From assembly GCA_965215265.1 (NCBI GenBank), contig OZ244048.1, positions 4,736,001 to 4,800,000 of the forward strand: a DNA stretch of 64,000 bases. The letters run 5' to 3'. The notes below the pieces were generated by a model, which saw only the letters and a list, made by a program, of their open reading frames with translations, searched no databases and was not told where the DNA came from. Of this stretch, positions 1 to 11,023 are shown in pieces. A program made the position numbers and the translations under genes. Each line of letters opens with the position of its first letter. Within the stretch, counting starts at the first letter, position 1. This stretch comes from Candidatus Poribacteria bacterium. GTDB lineage: Bacteria > Poribacteria > WGA-4E > WGA-3G.

Positions 1-567
1 GGAGATGTCTTTATGACTGGCGAATGCACAACTGGGACAGAACGCGTTGCTGTCGTCGCCAAACAACTTTCATGTGATATTGTCGCAAACATCCAAGGCG
101 ATGAACCGCTGCTTGAACCAGCACAAATTGACCTGATGCTGCAACCGTTCATCGATAATCCGGCTGTACAGGTGTGTACCTTAAAACAGAAAGTTGATAC
201 TGCAGCCGATTATTCGGACGTTAACGTCGTTAAAGTCGTCACGAATCTTGAAGGAGATGCGCTCTATTTTTCGCGTGCAGCCATACCCGGCAAGGTCACC
301 GAGGCGACACTCCGTGCATCTCCGGTGTACCGGCATGTCGGACTGTACGCTTATCGCAAAAAACAACTTGAGGCCTTCGTACAGTGGGAACGGACGCCTT
401 ATGAGAAGGCGGAAGGATTAGAGCAGCTGCGCTTTTTAGAAAACGGCACCCCGATTCATGTTGTTGAAACTGATGTACCACTTATCGGTGTCGATGTTCC
501 TGCTGACCTGGAACGCGTGAAACAGATTTTAGAAAGGAGACGCGCCCGCTCTGACAGAGGGCAGTAA
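1..567 (+). CDS. kdsB: 3-deoxy-manno-octulosonate cytidylyltransferase (5' truncated by window edge)
   Basis: Motifs TGTERV, NIQGDEPL, NVVKVV, ALYFSR, HVGLYAY, EKAEGLEQLRFLENG, GVDVPADL; lies directly upstream of pyrG. Confidence 0.95.
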   Translation, partial: GDVFMTGECTTGTERVAVVAKQLSCDIVANIQGDEPLLEPAQIDLMLQPFIDNPAVQVCTLKQKVDTAADYSDVNVVKVVTNLEGDALYFSRAAIPGKVTEATLRASPVYRHVGLYAYRKKQLEAFVQWERTPYEKAEGLEQLRFLENGTPIHVVETDVPLIGVDVPADLERVKQILERRRARSDRGQ

Positions 568-2196
<1,629 letters not shown>

Positions 2197-2326
2197 ATAA
2201 AAGGGTTGGCATCTCCCTGCCTGGACAAGAGATACGCACACGAGCCTTTGAAACGGGCAAACAAGTGCTAACGTTGCATGACGTAAACTTACAGAACATG
2301 CCAAAAACTGAAAATGGAGAATCATC

Positions 2327-3589
2327 ATGAAAAATATCACAACCGTCCATTCACGCGCGTGGTACGGCGATAAAGAACTCACCCTGCATTTCCCAGAAGG
2401 CTGGGAAATAGAGATGCTCGGACCGAAGGATGCGCCTGCACTTTCTGATGCGCAAATTGAACGTGCATTCGCGCAGCCCATTGGCACACCGCGTATCGCT
2501 GCGATGGCAAAAGGGAAAAGCAGGGCTGCTATTATCGTTGATGATTTGAGCCGGCCAACCCCGGCAGCGCGGGTTATTCCGTTTCTCATACGAGAACTAA
2601 CCGCTGCAGGCATTCCAAAGGCAGAAATTCGATTCGTTGTCGGAGGCGGCTCACACCGGCCACTCACCGACGAAGAAGTAGCGAAGAAAGTTGGAACGGA
2701 TATCGCTGCTGACTACGAGGTAACCAGCCACAACTTTATGAGCGGAGACCTTCGCGCATTGGGTAGCTTGGATAACGGCATGCCTATCTACATCAATCGC
2801 GTGGTGGCAGATGCTGACTTCAAAATCTGTTTGGGTGGCATCTATCCGCACGGCTCTGTCGGCTTTGGCGGGGGCGCGAAACTGATTGTACCAGGCGTTG
2901 CTGGTTTCGCTACCATGTTCTATTTCCATAGCTTCTCCCCAAGCCGTGGGCATGCCGTCATTGAAAGACGGAGTAGCGAACCGGATCATCGCGACTTCGC
3001 TGAAGCCGTCGCAACACGCCTGGGGCTTGATGTCATCGCCAACGTCGTACTCAACAGCCGGCGTGAAATCTGCGGACTGTTTGCCGGCGATTTTGTGCAG
3101 GCGCATCGCACAGGCGCACGGTTCGCCTTAGAGACTTACGGCACAGAAATTCCCGAAGCCTGCCGAAAAGAGACAGATTTGGTTGTGTTAAACTGCTACC
3201 CGCTTGATAGCGACCCGATTCAAACAGGGAAGGCACTCTGGGCACGTGCATACTTTGAGAAGGCCTACTCATTGGCGCTTAACCCTGCTACTGACGGCAT
3301 CTGCTACCACGGCCTGTTTGACCAGGTTGACTACGCACGTTTTCTACAGCAGCGGGAAGCGAAAACGGAGGCTGAACTTCCGGCACCACAACTCGGAACG
3401 CCACAGCAGCTGCACGTCTGGTCGGAGAACTTTTTAGTCGATGATTTCTACAAGAAGCATCAGGGTGCGCTACTCTTCCGTGACCTGCACGAACTGATTC
3501 AGTTATTTGCTGAGAAATTACCGTCAAACGCAAAAGTGGCTGTCTTACCTGCTGCAGGAATTCAGGTACTCGCCAAGGAAAACGATTAA
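2327..3589 (+). CDS. larA: LarA-family (lactate racemase-like) nickel-pincer enzyme
   Basis: IIVDDLSRPTP, GGGSHRP, PHGSVGFGGGAKLIVPGVAG; GGAG RBS; substrate not determinable from sequence. Confidence 0.75.
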   Translation: MKNITTVHSRAWYGDKELTLHFPEGWEIEMLGPKDAPALSDAQIERAFAQPIGTPRIAAMAKGKSRAAIIVDDLSRPTPAARVIPFLIRELTAAGIPKAEIRFVVGGGSHRPLTDEEVAKKVGTDIAADYEVTSHNFMSGDLRALGSLDNGMPIYINRVVADADFKICLGGIYPHGSVGFGGGAKLIVPGVAGFATMFYFHSFSPSRGHAVIERRSSEPDHRDFAEAVATRLGLDVIANVVLNSRREICGLFAGDFVQAHRTGARFALETYGTEIPEACRKETDLVVLNCYPLDSDPIQTGKALWARAYFEKAYSLALNPATDGICYHGLFDQVDYARFLQQREAKTEAELPAPQLGTPQQLHVWSENFLVDDFYKKHQGALLFRDLHELIQLFAEKLPSNAKVAVLPAAGIQVLAKEND

Positions 3590-3624
3590 CGGAATCACCA
3601 CACCGGAGCAGCTGATATTTTGAA

Positions 3625-4056
3625 ATGTTTTCTAACACTCAGGTTTCTTCAGAGAACGGACATGAAGCTGTGAAGACAGTAAGCTCCGCCAACAAAAATC
3701 AGGAACGGCAACATGAGGCAAATCCTGCCCTTTTCGATGTGCTTGAACTTGATGCACCATTGACACAAAGTCTCAAGTATACTGGATCCAAACTCAAGCT
3801 CATCCCGCAGATCCTGCGGCTCGTAAAGAGAGTTGACGCGCAAACCGTTTTAGACGGCTTTTCAGGGACAACGCGCGTCTCGCAGGCACTCGCTAAATGT
3901 GGCTATACTGTTCTCTTACATAATACGCGTAAACTGGATGCGATTCGGGAGGGAATTGAGGTACTTAAACTGAATACAGTTGAGAAAGCTGTGGTCCTGA
4001 CGAGTCTGATGCTGGCCCTTAACCGGGTGGACACACGACTAGTTAAAAGAGACTGA
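3625..4056 (+). pseudogene. Truncated, internally deleted D12-class DNA adenine methyltransferase remnant
   Basis: KYTGSKLKLIPQI and VLDGFSGTTRVSQA (motif I) jump directly to HNTRKLDAIRE; no DPPY motif before the stop. Confidence 0.7.
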
Positions 4057-4164
4057 ACAACCTAACAAGGAATTCTTGTTCTTACTTGACAAAACAACAA
4101 ACCTTTAAATTATGTCGCATCCAAATTGTAGGCCGCGCTGACGGTGTGGCATCATAAATGCTAT

Positions 4165-4764
4165 ATGAAAATGCTTAAACGACTTAATGCGTACCTCGGT
4201 CAGATTGAAACAGGCTTGCTGTGCCTCATCGTCGCAATGATGATAGCACTCGCAATGCTCAAAATTGTCTTGCGCTATGTTTTCCAGACCAGCCTTTTGT
4301 GGAGCGACGTGATGCTCCAGCATTTGACGTTGTGGCTCTGCTTTCTCGGTGCTGCACGTGCTACTTGTGAAAAACGGCACATCAGCATAGACATCCTTAG
4401 CCGGCTCATGCCCGCCAGAATCACGCGTTGGAGCACCCTCATTGTGGAGAGTCTCAGTCTCATCGTTGTCGGCATCTTAGCCTACTACGGCTTTGTATTT
4501 CTTGCAGACGAACGGTTAAGCCCGGCAGTGCTAATTGGCAGCATCCCCTTGTGGTGGGCGAAAACGATTATTCCGTTCGGGTTTGTCCTAATCGGAATTC
4601 ATCTAATACTCCATTTAGGTTTAGGGTTTACAGGAAGAACTCACATGACAGAAACAGCGCCTGCTAAGACGTTGACAGACGAAGCCCCCGATGGTGAAAA
4701 TCCGGACTTACAGCAGATAGATGAAACATCTAAAAAAGGAGAAAAGCAGACATGGGATTGTTAA
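4165..4764 (+). CDS. dctQ: TRAP transporter small permease
   Basis: 4 TM helices, LWLCFLGAA...HISIDIL; overlaps dctM start. Confidence 0.9.
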   Translation: MKMLKRLNAYLGQIETGLLCLIVAMMIALAMLKIVLRYVFQTSLLWSDVMLQHLTLWLCFLGAARATCEKRHISIDILSRLMPARITRWSTLIVESLSLIVVGILAYYGFVFLADERLSPAVLIGSIPLWWAKTIIPFGFVLIGIHLILHLGLGFTGRTHMTETAPAKTLTDEAPDGENPDLQQIDETSKKGEKQTWDC

Positions 4765-6038
4765 TTGGAGTCGGGTTGGTACTTTTTGCGCTCCTCGGCG
4801 GTGCGCTGTTTGTCTTACTCGGTGCAGCAACGATTATCGGCTACGCGACAGCAGGCGAACCGATTTCCACAGTGCTCATCGATCTAAACCGCCTCACCAA
4901 GAATCCGACGATTCTGATCATTCCGCTTTTTACCTTTGCAGGGTATATCATCGCAGCAGGCAATGCCCCGCAGCGACTGATTGCCTTTGCACGCGCCACT
5001 GTCGGATGGCTACCCGGTGGAATAGCCGTTGTTGTTCTCGGTACCTGCGCGTTTTTTACAACCTTCACCGGTGCATCCGGCATCACCATCATCGCACTCG
5101 GCGGCTTGCTCTACCCTATCCTCCGGCAAAATTATAGTGAACGATTCTCGCTCGGCTTAGTGACAGCGTCCGGGAGCATCGGCCTGCTATTCTTTCCGAG
5201 TATTCCGCTCATCCTTTACGCGATTATCGCGCAGGTGAACATCAACCGGATGTTCCTCGCTGGCATCATACCCGGCCTCCTCATCTTGGGAATTCTCAGC
5301 ATTTACTGCTGTGCTTGGAGTCTTATCAAACGTTCTGAAACCACCCAGCTTAACCTCTCCGAAATCTCCCGAACCTTATGGGCAGCAAAATGGGAACTAC
5401 TTCTACCTCTTCTATTGCTAAGCGGAATTATCTCCGGCACCGTTACCCTCGACGAAGCCGCCGCTCTCACAGTCATCTACGCACTCATCGTAGAAATCGG
5501 CATACACCGCTCCATTTCACTCAGAGACTTCCCACATATTGTCAAAGAGAGCATGTTATTAGTCGGTGCAATCCTGATTATCCTCGGCATCGCTTTAGGA
5601 TTGACAAACTATCTCATCACACTTGACGTACCCACAAGCGTGCTCGAGTGGATGCAAGCGAAAACGGACAGCCGCTTGATGATGCTGATCGGACTCAACA
5701 TCTTCCTGCTCGTTGTCGGCTGTTTGATGGACATTTTTTCTGCTATCATCATCGTTGTACCATTGTTGCTGCCACTCGCTGAGGAATTCGGGATTGACAA
5801 AGCCCACCTCGGCATCATCGTTTTGACAAATCTTGAGATTGGATACTTAACACCACCAGTCGGAATGAACCTATTTATCTCAAGTCTGAAATTTGAGCGG
5901 CCGGTTGTAATACTCTACCGTTCGGTGCTGCTGTTCATCGGATTGCTGCTGATAGCGCTCATCCTCGTAACCTACCTACCACAGTTAAGCCTCTGGCTCC
6001 CTCAGCTATTCGGTGAGACCCCGGCACCCTTGCTGTGA
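4752..6038 (+). CDS. dctM: TRAP transporter large permease
   Basis: IPLFTFAG, GLLFFPSIPLILY, NLEIGYLTPPVGMNLF. Confidence 0.93.
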   Translation: MGLLIGVGLVLFALLGGALFVLLGAATIIGYATAGEPISTVLIDLNRLTKNPTILIIPLFTFAGYIIAAGNAPQRLIAFARATVGWLPGGIAVVVLGTCAFFTTFTGASGITIIALGGLLYPILRQNYSERFSLGLVTASGSIGLLFFPSIPLILYAIIAQVNINRMFLAGIIPGLLILGILSIYCCAWSLIKRSETTQLNLSEISRTLWAAKWELLLPLLLLSGIISGTVTLDEAAALTVIYALIVEIGIHRSISLRDFPHIVKESMLLVGAILIILGIALGLTNYLITLDVPTSVLEWMQAKTDSRLMMLIGLNIFLLVVGCLMDIFSAIIIVVPLLLPLAEEFGIDKAHLGIIVLTNLEIGYLTPPVGMNLFISSLKFERPVVILYRSVLLFIGLLLIALILVTYLPQLSLWLPQLFGETPAPLL

Positions 6039-6149
6039 ACTAGAGTGCCAGCATCTTCTGCTCTTAATAGGCAAACTTTCTAGCGCTGTGCCAGTGATAC
6101 TGCTGTTTATTTGGAGTGCTGATAGATAGATAGGAATAAGACGGACAAA

Positions 6150-6171
6150 TGGGCGACGGCAGTGTCGCCCA
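6150..6171. terminator. Hairpin between convergent dctM and LamG genes
   Basis: TGGGCGAC-6nt-GTCGCCCA inverted repeat. Confidence 0.55.
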
Positions 6172-6196
6172 ACGTTTTATGTTATGAAAATTGATA

Positions 6197-6991
6197 TTAC
6201 TTGATAGATTTCAATTCACCCCACATAACGCTTAATTTTTCCGTGGGTTCAACTGCCAAACTGATATCCATCATCTCCCGAATCTCTTTTACGTCTAATG
6301 CGCGTTGCCAAAACGAAATTTCGTCAATGATACCTTCTGCACCGTTTGTCAGCGCAATGTACTGGATGGTTTCCCACCCGAACCGCGGTTTTTCGTGCAA
6401 TGCGGGGAAACCGCCCGTGATTTTCCGGCTCGTCGCCTGCTCTTTGCCATCAATATATACGAAGGGTGCCTCACCTGCAAAATCCCACGTCGCAGCGCAA
6501 TGAAACCACTCTTCCTCCTTAATAATGCCTGTCGGATCGAATTCCACATCTTGCCAATCGCCATCGTCGGCTGCTTCAAAATAGAATCCGAATTCTGCGG
6601 GCGTGATATCCGCATGCGCACTACCTTTGCCGATAAAGAAATAGATAGGACCGAAACTTGCATCAAAAAGTCGGTAATCTTCGTCACTTTTACCGTCCCA
6701 ATCCGGTCTGAACCAGAACAGCACGCTTCCGGCTTCCGTGATAACGTTCGGTACTTCAAGGAAACTTTCTTTCCCACGCAACGCGATGCCGGACGCGTAT
6801 TTACCCGCGCCAGCAACCCATTTTGCGTTACCACCAAAGGTACCATCATTGCCATTTCCGGTACCGTCAACCGCTGTAGCGCCACGCCCTTCGCCAATCC
6901 ATAAGAGCAGATCTTTATCATTCGGAACTTGAGATAATGCCGGCGCGATGCACATCAGGCTAATCAGTAAAATCAAAGAGAGATATTTCAC
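6197..6991 (-). CDS. Secreted LamG/concanavalin-like domain protein
   Basis: Signal peptide; D.TGNGNDG, WFHCAATWD, YIDG, GIIDEISFWQRAL; GAGGAGG RBS before GTG; C-terminal AVEPTEKLSVMWGELK tail. Confidence 0.85.
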   Translation of the reverse strand: MKYLSLILLISLMCIAPALSQVPNDKDLLLWIGEGRGATAVDGTGNGNDGTFGGNAKWVAGAGKYASGIALRGKESFLEVPNVITEAGSVLFWFRPDWDGKSDEDYRLFDASFGPIYFFIGKGSAHADITPAEFGFYFEAADDGDWQDVEFDPTGIIKEEEWFHCAATWDFAGEAPFVYIDGKEQATSRKITGGFPALHEKPRFGWETIQYIALTNGAEGIIDEISFWQRALDVKEIREMMDISLAVEPTEKLSVMWGELKSIK

Positions 6992-7174
6992 AAGTTTTAC
7001 CTCCTCAAAGTTTTAAGTTACGGATATTTTAACAGAATTTGGAAATTAGGTCAACTTTCGGGCGGGGCATCTGCACAATTTTTCGCGGAGGTACACTTGA
7101 ATCGCACAATATAGGATGAGACATCTGATGGTGGAGAACGCGATTAATGGGGTACCCGCATCTGCTCGCTATCT

Positions 7175-7384
7175 CTATTCTGTCGCCGGCAATGCATCTT
7201 CGGCGGGTTTCACGTTTTGTAAAGGGTACAAACGTCTCCGTGTAGAAACGGATGTATGGCGGAGTTTCGGCCGTCTGCGGAATTGCGGCAGCGGTTCCGG
7301 TGGTTCGTAACTCACATGGATGGGCCGCTGACCCACGGATTGTTCAATAACTTCTGACTGGATTTCCGTTTGCTGTTCTTTCAT
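7175..7384 (-). CDS. Small Pro/Arg-rich hypothetical protein
   Basis: 69-aa ORF with GGAG RBS, 21 nt downstream of the 7406-7984 gene. Confidence 0.45.
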   Translation of the reverse strand: MKEQQTEIQSEVIEQSVGQRPIHVSYEPPEPLPQFRRRPKLRHTSVSTRRRLYPLQNVKPAEDALPATE

Positions 7385-7405
7385 AGCAACTCCAAAATTT
7401 GACCT

Positions 7406-7984
7406 TTATAAAATCATATCTCCCATTTGCTGATTCAGTTTTTTCTGAACCTTCGTTCGCCGCTTCCGCGTCAAAAGTATATCATCCTTCAACATTTGCG
7501 AACCAACCAGTAACCACTCTCTATACAACTCAAACGTGGTTTTGAACTGTTCCAGCGAAAAATCCGGATCAATTTCCATCTCATAAATGAACCGTTCCAA
7601 ATTGAGCCTTAAACTTTTGAAGTACTGTAAATTGTGACTTAAATCCGTTAACCGGTCGGAAATTTTGAGGATGACGTGCAAAAGCGCTAAGAAAGCAGCA
7701 GTCCCAGCAACGGCGAGCCATATTAATTTCTCTATATTGAGATTATACGGTGATGCCGTGTTCAAGCCAGCTACCTCACCTATGGGAACATCCCATGCCG
7801 CCCAACCCAGTATAACAGAGGCAATGGTGGTGAGCGTTACCATGCTTTTGATAAACCCATCAACCGGGCGCCACGCTTGCACTACTGAGGTGAGTAGGCT
7901 CTCTGCATAGGCCACACGATAGAAGGTTTCAGCAGCTGTCCGCCAGAGGAGTTCTTTTTGGTACTCTTCAACATTTTTATCCAT
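7406..7984 (-). CDS. Two-TM hypothetical protein, SLATT-like topology
   Basis: N-terminal helix, two hydrophobic segments, C-terminal helical domain; family call is inference. Confidence 0.6.
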   Translation of the reverse strand: MDKNVEEYQKELLWRTAAETFYRVAYAESLLTSVVQAWRPVDGFIKSMVTLTTIASVILGWAAWDVPIGEVAGLNTASPYNLNIEKLIWLAVAGTAAFLALLHVILKISDRLTDLSHNLQYFKSLRLNLERFIYEMEIDPDFSLEQFKTTFELYREWLLVGSQMLKDDILLTRKRRTKVQKKLNQQMGDMIL

Positions 7985-8219
7985 AGTCGACCCAGTGGGT
8001 GGCAGGTAAAAGGTTATCTTATCTCTCCTGAAAGGAGAGATAAAGAATACCTATCCTGCCACTTTTCAATCCTTGCTAGGAGTCTACTCTTGTCTAATTT
8101 AACGAAAGAATCTGATATCGGTAACAAATTATTTGAAGAGTATGCCCATAAAGAGAGGTAAGGTGAACCCAAAGGTGCATACCATCGGTTTTCTGTCTCA
8201 GGCTGTCGGAGTAAATTCC

Positions 8220-8870
8220 TTAGCGCGATGCTCCTTGCACAAAACTTGAATCGTGCTGCCTATCATCCTGTACCCTCAGGCATCCCTGCACAACATCCCG
8301 GTAAACATCTAAACCTGGCACCGTCAATCCTTTGAGTTTCGCTAGGTCGTCCCATCGCCGCAACATTAGGGCATCCTCGAAGTATGGGAGCCGTTCAAAC
8401 CTTCGCTGCGCCTCAGTATCCATGATACCTCCTTGGAGCTGGAAACTCCTTTTTGAGGCATCGGATAAATCTTCATAATACGTGGCATCAGTTGTGCAAA
8501 GATACCTTTTTGCGGGTACATGCAACCGCATCGGCATTGTAACGGCTTCTGGAAAAAACGGCTCTAGATACGTCGCGCCGATCTCTTCGTGATTCTGATC
8601 TGTGTGCAAAAAGTCGTTATGGGCGTTGTGTTCCTCTAAAAGAAAATGCCCAATATCGTGCAGCAATGCACTCGTAATCTGCGTTGGACCTGCGCGATTT
8701 ATTTGGGCTTGGTTCGCGCACTGGAGCGCATGTTCCAACTGTGTGACGACCTCGTCGTAAAACGACTGCCCTTTCCGTTCCATATACTCGAAAAGTATGC
8801 GAACCTGCTCTTCTGCCTTTGCTCCTGACATCTCTGCGGCGAGGCTCGCCTCAACGTTATGCTTGATCAT
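8220..8870 (-). CDS. phnZ: HD-domain phosphonate dioxygenase (PhnZ/TmpB family)
   Basis: YDEVVTQLEHALQCA, ALLHDIGH, HEEIGA, LHVPAKRYLC, LSDASKRSFQLQGG, LRRWDDLAK. Confidence 0.88.
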   Translation of the reverse strand: MIKHNVEASLAAEMSGAKAEEQVRILFEYMERKGQSFYDEVVTQLEHALQCANQAQINRAGPTQITSALLHDIGHFLLEEHNAHNDFLHTDQNHEEIGATYLEPFFPEAVTMPMRLHVPAKRYLCTTDATYYEDLSDASKRSFQLQGGIMDTEAQRRFERLPYFEDALMLRRWDDLAKLKGLTVPGLDVYRDVVQGCLRVQDDRQHDSSFVQGASR

Positions 8871-9682
8871 TTTAAGACTGTTCTCCCTTGGAAGTGTGAA
8901 ATTTTACTGATTTGACCTGCTCTGTCAGAACCGTCGTTTAGCGCCGCTAAAAAAGCGCTTCGCTTCTCTTGGTAGTACTTCTCACGCCAATTCCCTTGTG
9001 AAAGCGCGTTGTAGGTGAGATAGATGATGCGCCTAGAACGGTTCGAACGGTTTGAACCGCTCTTGTGTGGTATGTAAGAACCGAAGAGCAGAATATCCCC
9101 AGGCTCTGTCGGTACAGCATGCCACTCCATTTCCGAGGCAGTCTCCGGTGCCACACAACCGTTTTCATCTAGCGCGATGAAACCTTCTTCATGTCGCCCC
9201 GGTGCAAAATAGAGACAACCATTCTCCGGCGTGGCAGCATCAACCGAAATCAGACAGGTAATATGGAAGGTGACGAATTCGTACGCGGATGCATCCTGGT
9301 GCGCAGCGTAACCACCGCCACCCGGATACTTGTAATTGATTTTCTCTTTGTACAGCACCGCCGGTTCGCCCATCAACGCCGATACAACTTTTAACGCCCT
9401 GCCTCGCGTCACGGTACGGTTCATACCGGCGTGATACGGAACAAAATTCTCTGAACGCGAAAGTCTTGGACCTTCCGGGGTCGATTCAAAATGGTGCATC
9501 CATTTATCTTCGGTTGGCGGCCACGCCGCAATTTGAGCCGTCCAATTCTGCAGTGCAGCTACCTCCTCATCTGAATAGAATCCCGAAATTTTCAGGTAGC
9601 CATTCGCTTTCCAATCTCTCTGATGCAGCGGGCTTATTGAAAACGCATTCGCGGACTCCAAATATTTCTCTTTAGACATCAT
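8867..9682 (-). CDS. phnY: Fe/2-oxoglutarate phosphonate hydroxylase (PhnY-like, PhyH family)
   Basis: KWMHHFE, SRSENFVPYH, AVLYKEKINYKYPGGGGYAAHQDA, PGDILLFGSYIPH; 4-nt overlap with phnZ. Confidence 0.82.
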   Translation of the reverse strand: MMSKEKYLESANAFSISPLHQRDWKANGYLKISGFYSDEEVAALQNWTAQIAAWPPTEDKWMHHFESTPEGPRLSRSENFVPYHAGMNRTVTRGRALKVVSALMGEPAVLYKEKINYKYPGGGGYAAHQDASAYEFVTFHITCLISVDAATPENGCLYFAPGRHEEGFIALDENGCVAPETASEMEWHAVPTEPGDILLFGSYIPHKSGSNRSNRSRRIIYLTYNALSQGNWREKYYQEKRSAFLAALNDGSDRAGQISKISHFQGRTVLK

Positions 9683-9730
9683 TCACATCCGTATCATCAA
9701 TCTGGTATTCGATGGGCAAAAACAAGCACA

Positions 9731-10093
9731 TTCAAATGCTTTTTGATAGAAATTGATAAAGATTTAACAAATTTCCCTCTACTCCAGAGAATTGCCAAAC
9801 GATACTATCCGCTCGGTATTCGCAATTGGTTACTCGATAACGAGGACAGCCCTAATCCCACATCTGTGGCGTAAAACTCACATCTCCGGATACTGCACGA
9901 TGGACGGGTACCTACATGTCAATTCAATACAATGACTTACGATAAATTTACTGAACTCTGGGAAAGTACAGAAATTCTGAAACAGCGGGAAGGGGTAAAC
10001 AGATGCCCTGGCTGTTGGGCGGAATGCGAGGTCCTGCCCAGCGCAATTTACATTGGAGATTTGTTGATGAAAACGCTATTCCCCGGCAAGTAG
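9731..10093 (+). pseudogene. C-terminal SPASM-domain remnant of a radical SAM enzyme
   Basis: One frame reads ...PNPTSVA*NSHLRILHDGRVPTCQFN...FTELWES...CPGCWAECEVLPSAIYIGDL; in-frame TAA at 9872; radical SAM core missing. Confidence 0.7.
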
Positions 10094-10116
10094 GTTTAAA
10101 CGGAGAGAGGCGAGAG

Positions 10117-10152
10117 GTCTGTGGTTGTCCAATCCAGCGGGCAACCACAGAC
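10117..10152. terminator. Long hairpin between convergent genes
   Basis: GTCTGTGGTTGTCC-8nt-GGGCAACCACAGAC. Confidence 0.65.
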
Positions 10153-10157
10153 ATAAT

Positions 10158-10820
10158 TTAATCGATCCTGAAGTCGCCCACAAAGACGTTGTTCTCTGCA
10201 CCACCTTGGCTCCATGTCACCGGCAGTGCCCCTTTATCTCTGTAACTATAGACATCAGACTTGCCGACAATAGCGCCCTCAATCTCTGTCAGCGGTTTGT
10301 ACCAAATTTGATGAGGCTGTGTACAGCCGCTACACGGATAGCGATTCGCAGAGAGCGCGAGGACTTCGCCAACCTGTACATCATATTCGGTACCGTTCTT
10401 TTTGAACGTTATCGGCGCAACTTGGGTTGCAACAAGCTCCCCTAAAACAGCAGCGCGTTTCGTCTGCATCAGATGCGTTACTGCTTCACGCTGTTGCACC
10501 GTGGCTCTAATGTCCACATACAATACACTCTTACGGTTCGCAGTCTCAATCGCCAAATTAGCGTCACCACTTACCACTGCAACCACCGTTAAACCGTCTA
10601 GCGAAACATCGTTCCAGCTGCCACTCTGGATATTCCATATCAAGGTCGCCTCTTTACCGCCTTCGACAAACTCTGCACCGAAGTGGCACGCGCCGATGTA
10701 TACACTCGCGGAGCGGGCTTCAATATATTCGCCTCGCACGCTTGGCGCTTCCGTTGCAAATGCAATCATCCCTGCCGCGACCATAAGGGCGAGCATTGTG
10801 AAAACCAGAATCTTTTTCAT
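10158..10820 (-). CDS. Secreted DUF1326-like protein
   Basis: Signal peptide; GEYIEARSASVYIGACH..., WNIQSGSWNDVSLDGL; AAGGAGG RBS. Confidence 0.6.
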   Translation of the reverse strand: MKKILVFTMLALMVAAGMIAFATEAPSVRGEYIEARSASVYIGACHFGAEFVEGGKEATLIWNIQSGSWNDVSLDGLTVVAVVSGDANLAIETANRKSVLYVDIRATVQQREAVTHLMQTKRAAVLGELVATQVAPITFKKNGTEYDVQVGEVLALSANRYPCSGCTQPHQIWYKPLTEIEGAIVGKSDVYSYRDKGALPVTWSQGGAENNVFVGDFRID

Positions 10821-11023
10821 CAGTTTTTCCTCCTTGATGCATTACACGACGCAAAATTCTCATTTCAACTCTGCGTCCGTTGATTACCTATTATACACTT
10901 TTCTCTTTTTAATATGCAACCCAAAAGTTAATCCTCATTTACCCCCATTTTCTTCGCAAGTTGCCGGTAAATGTGAGAAAACCTGTCAGGCACCAGCAAA
11001 ATGGATACCTAAAATCGGGTTAA

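Noticed and set aside
10821-11023. A matching CRISPR repeat or att site on the far side of hsdS
   Set aside because: No repeat-like or direct-repeat sequence found, so a repeat-flanked R-M cassette is not supported
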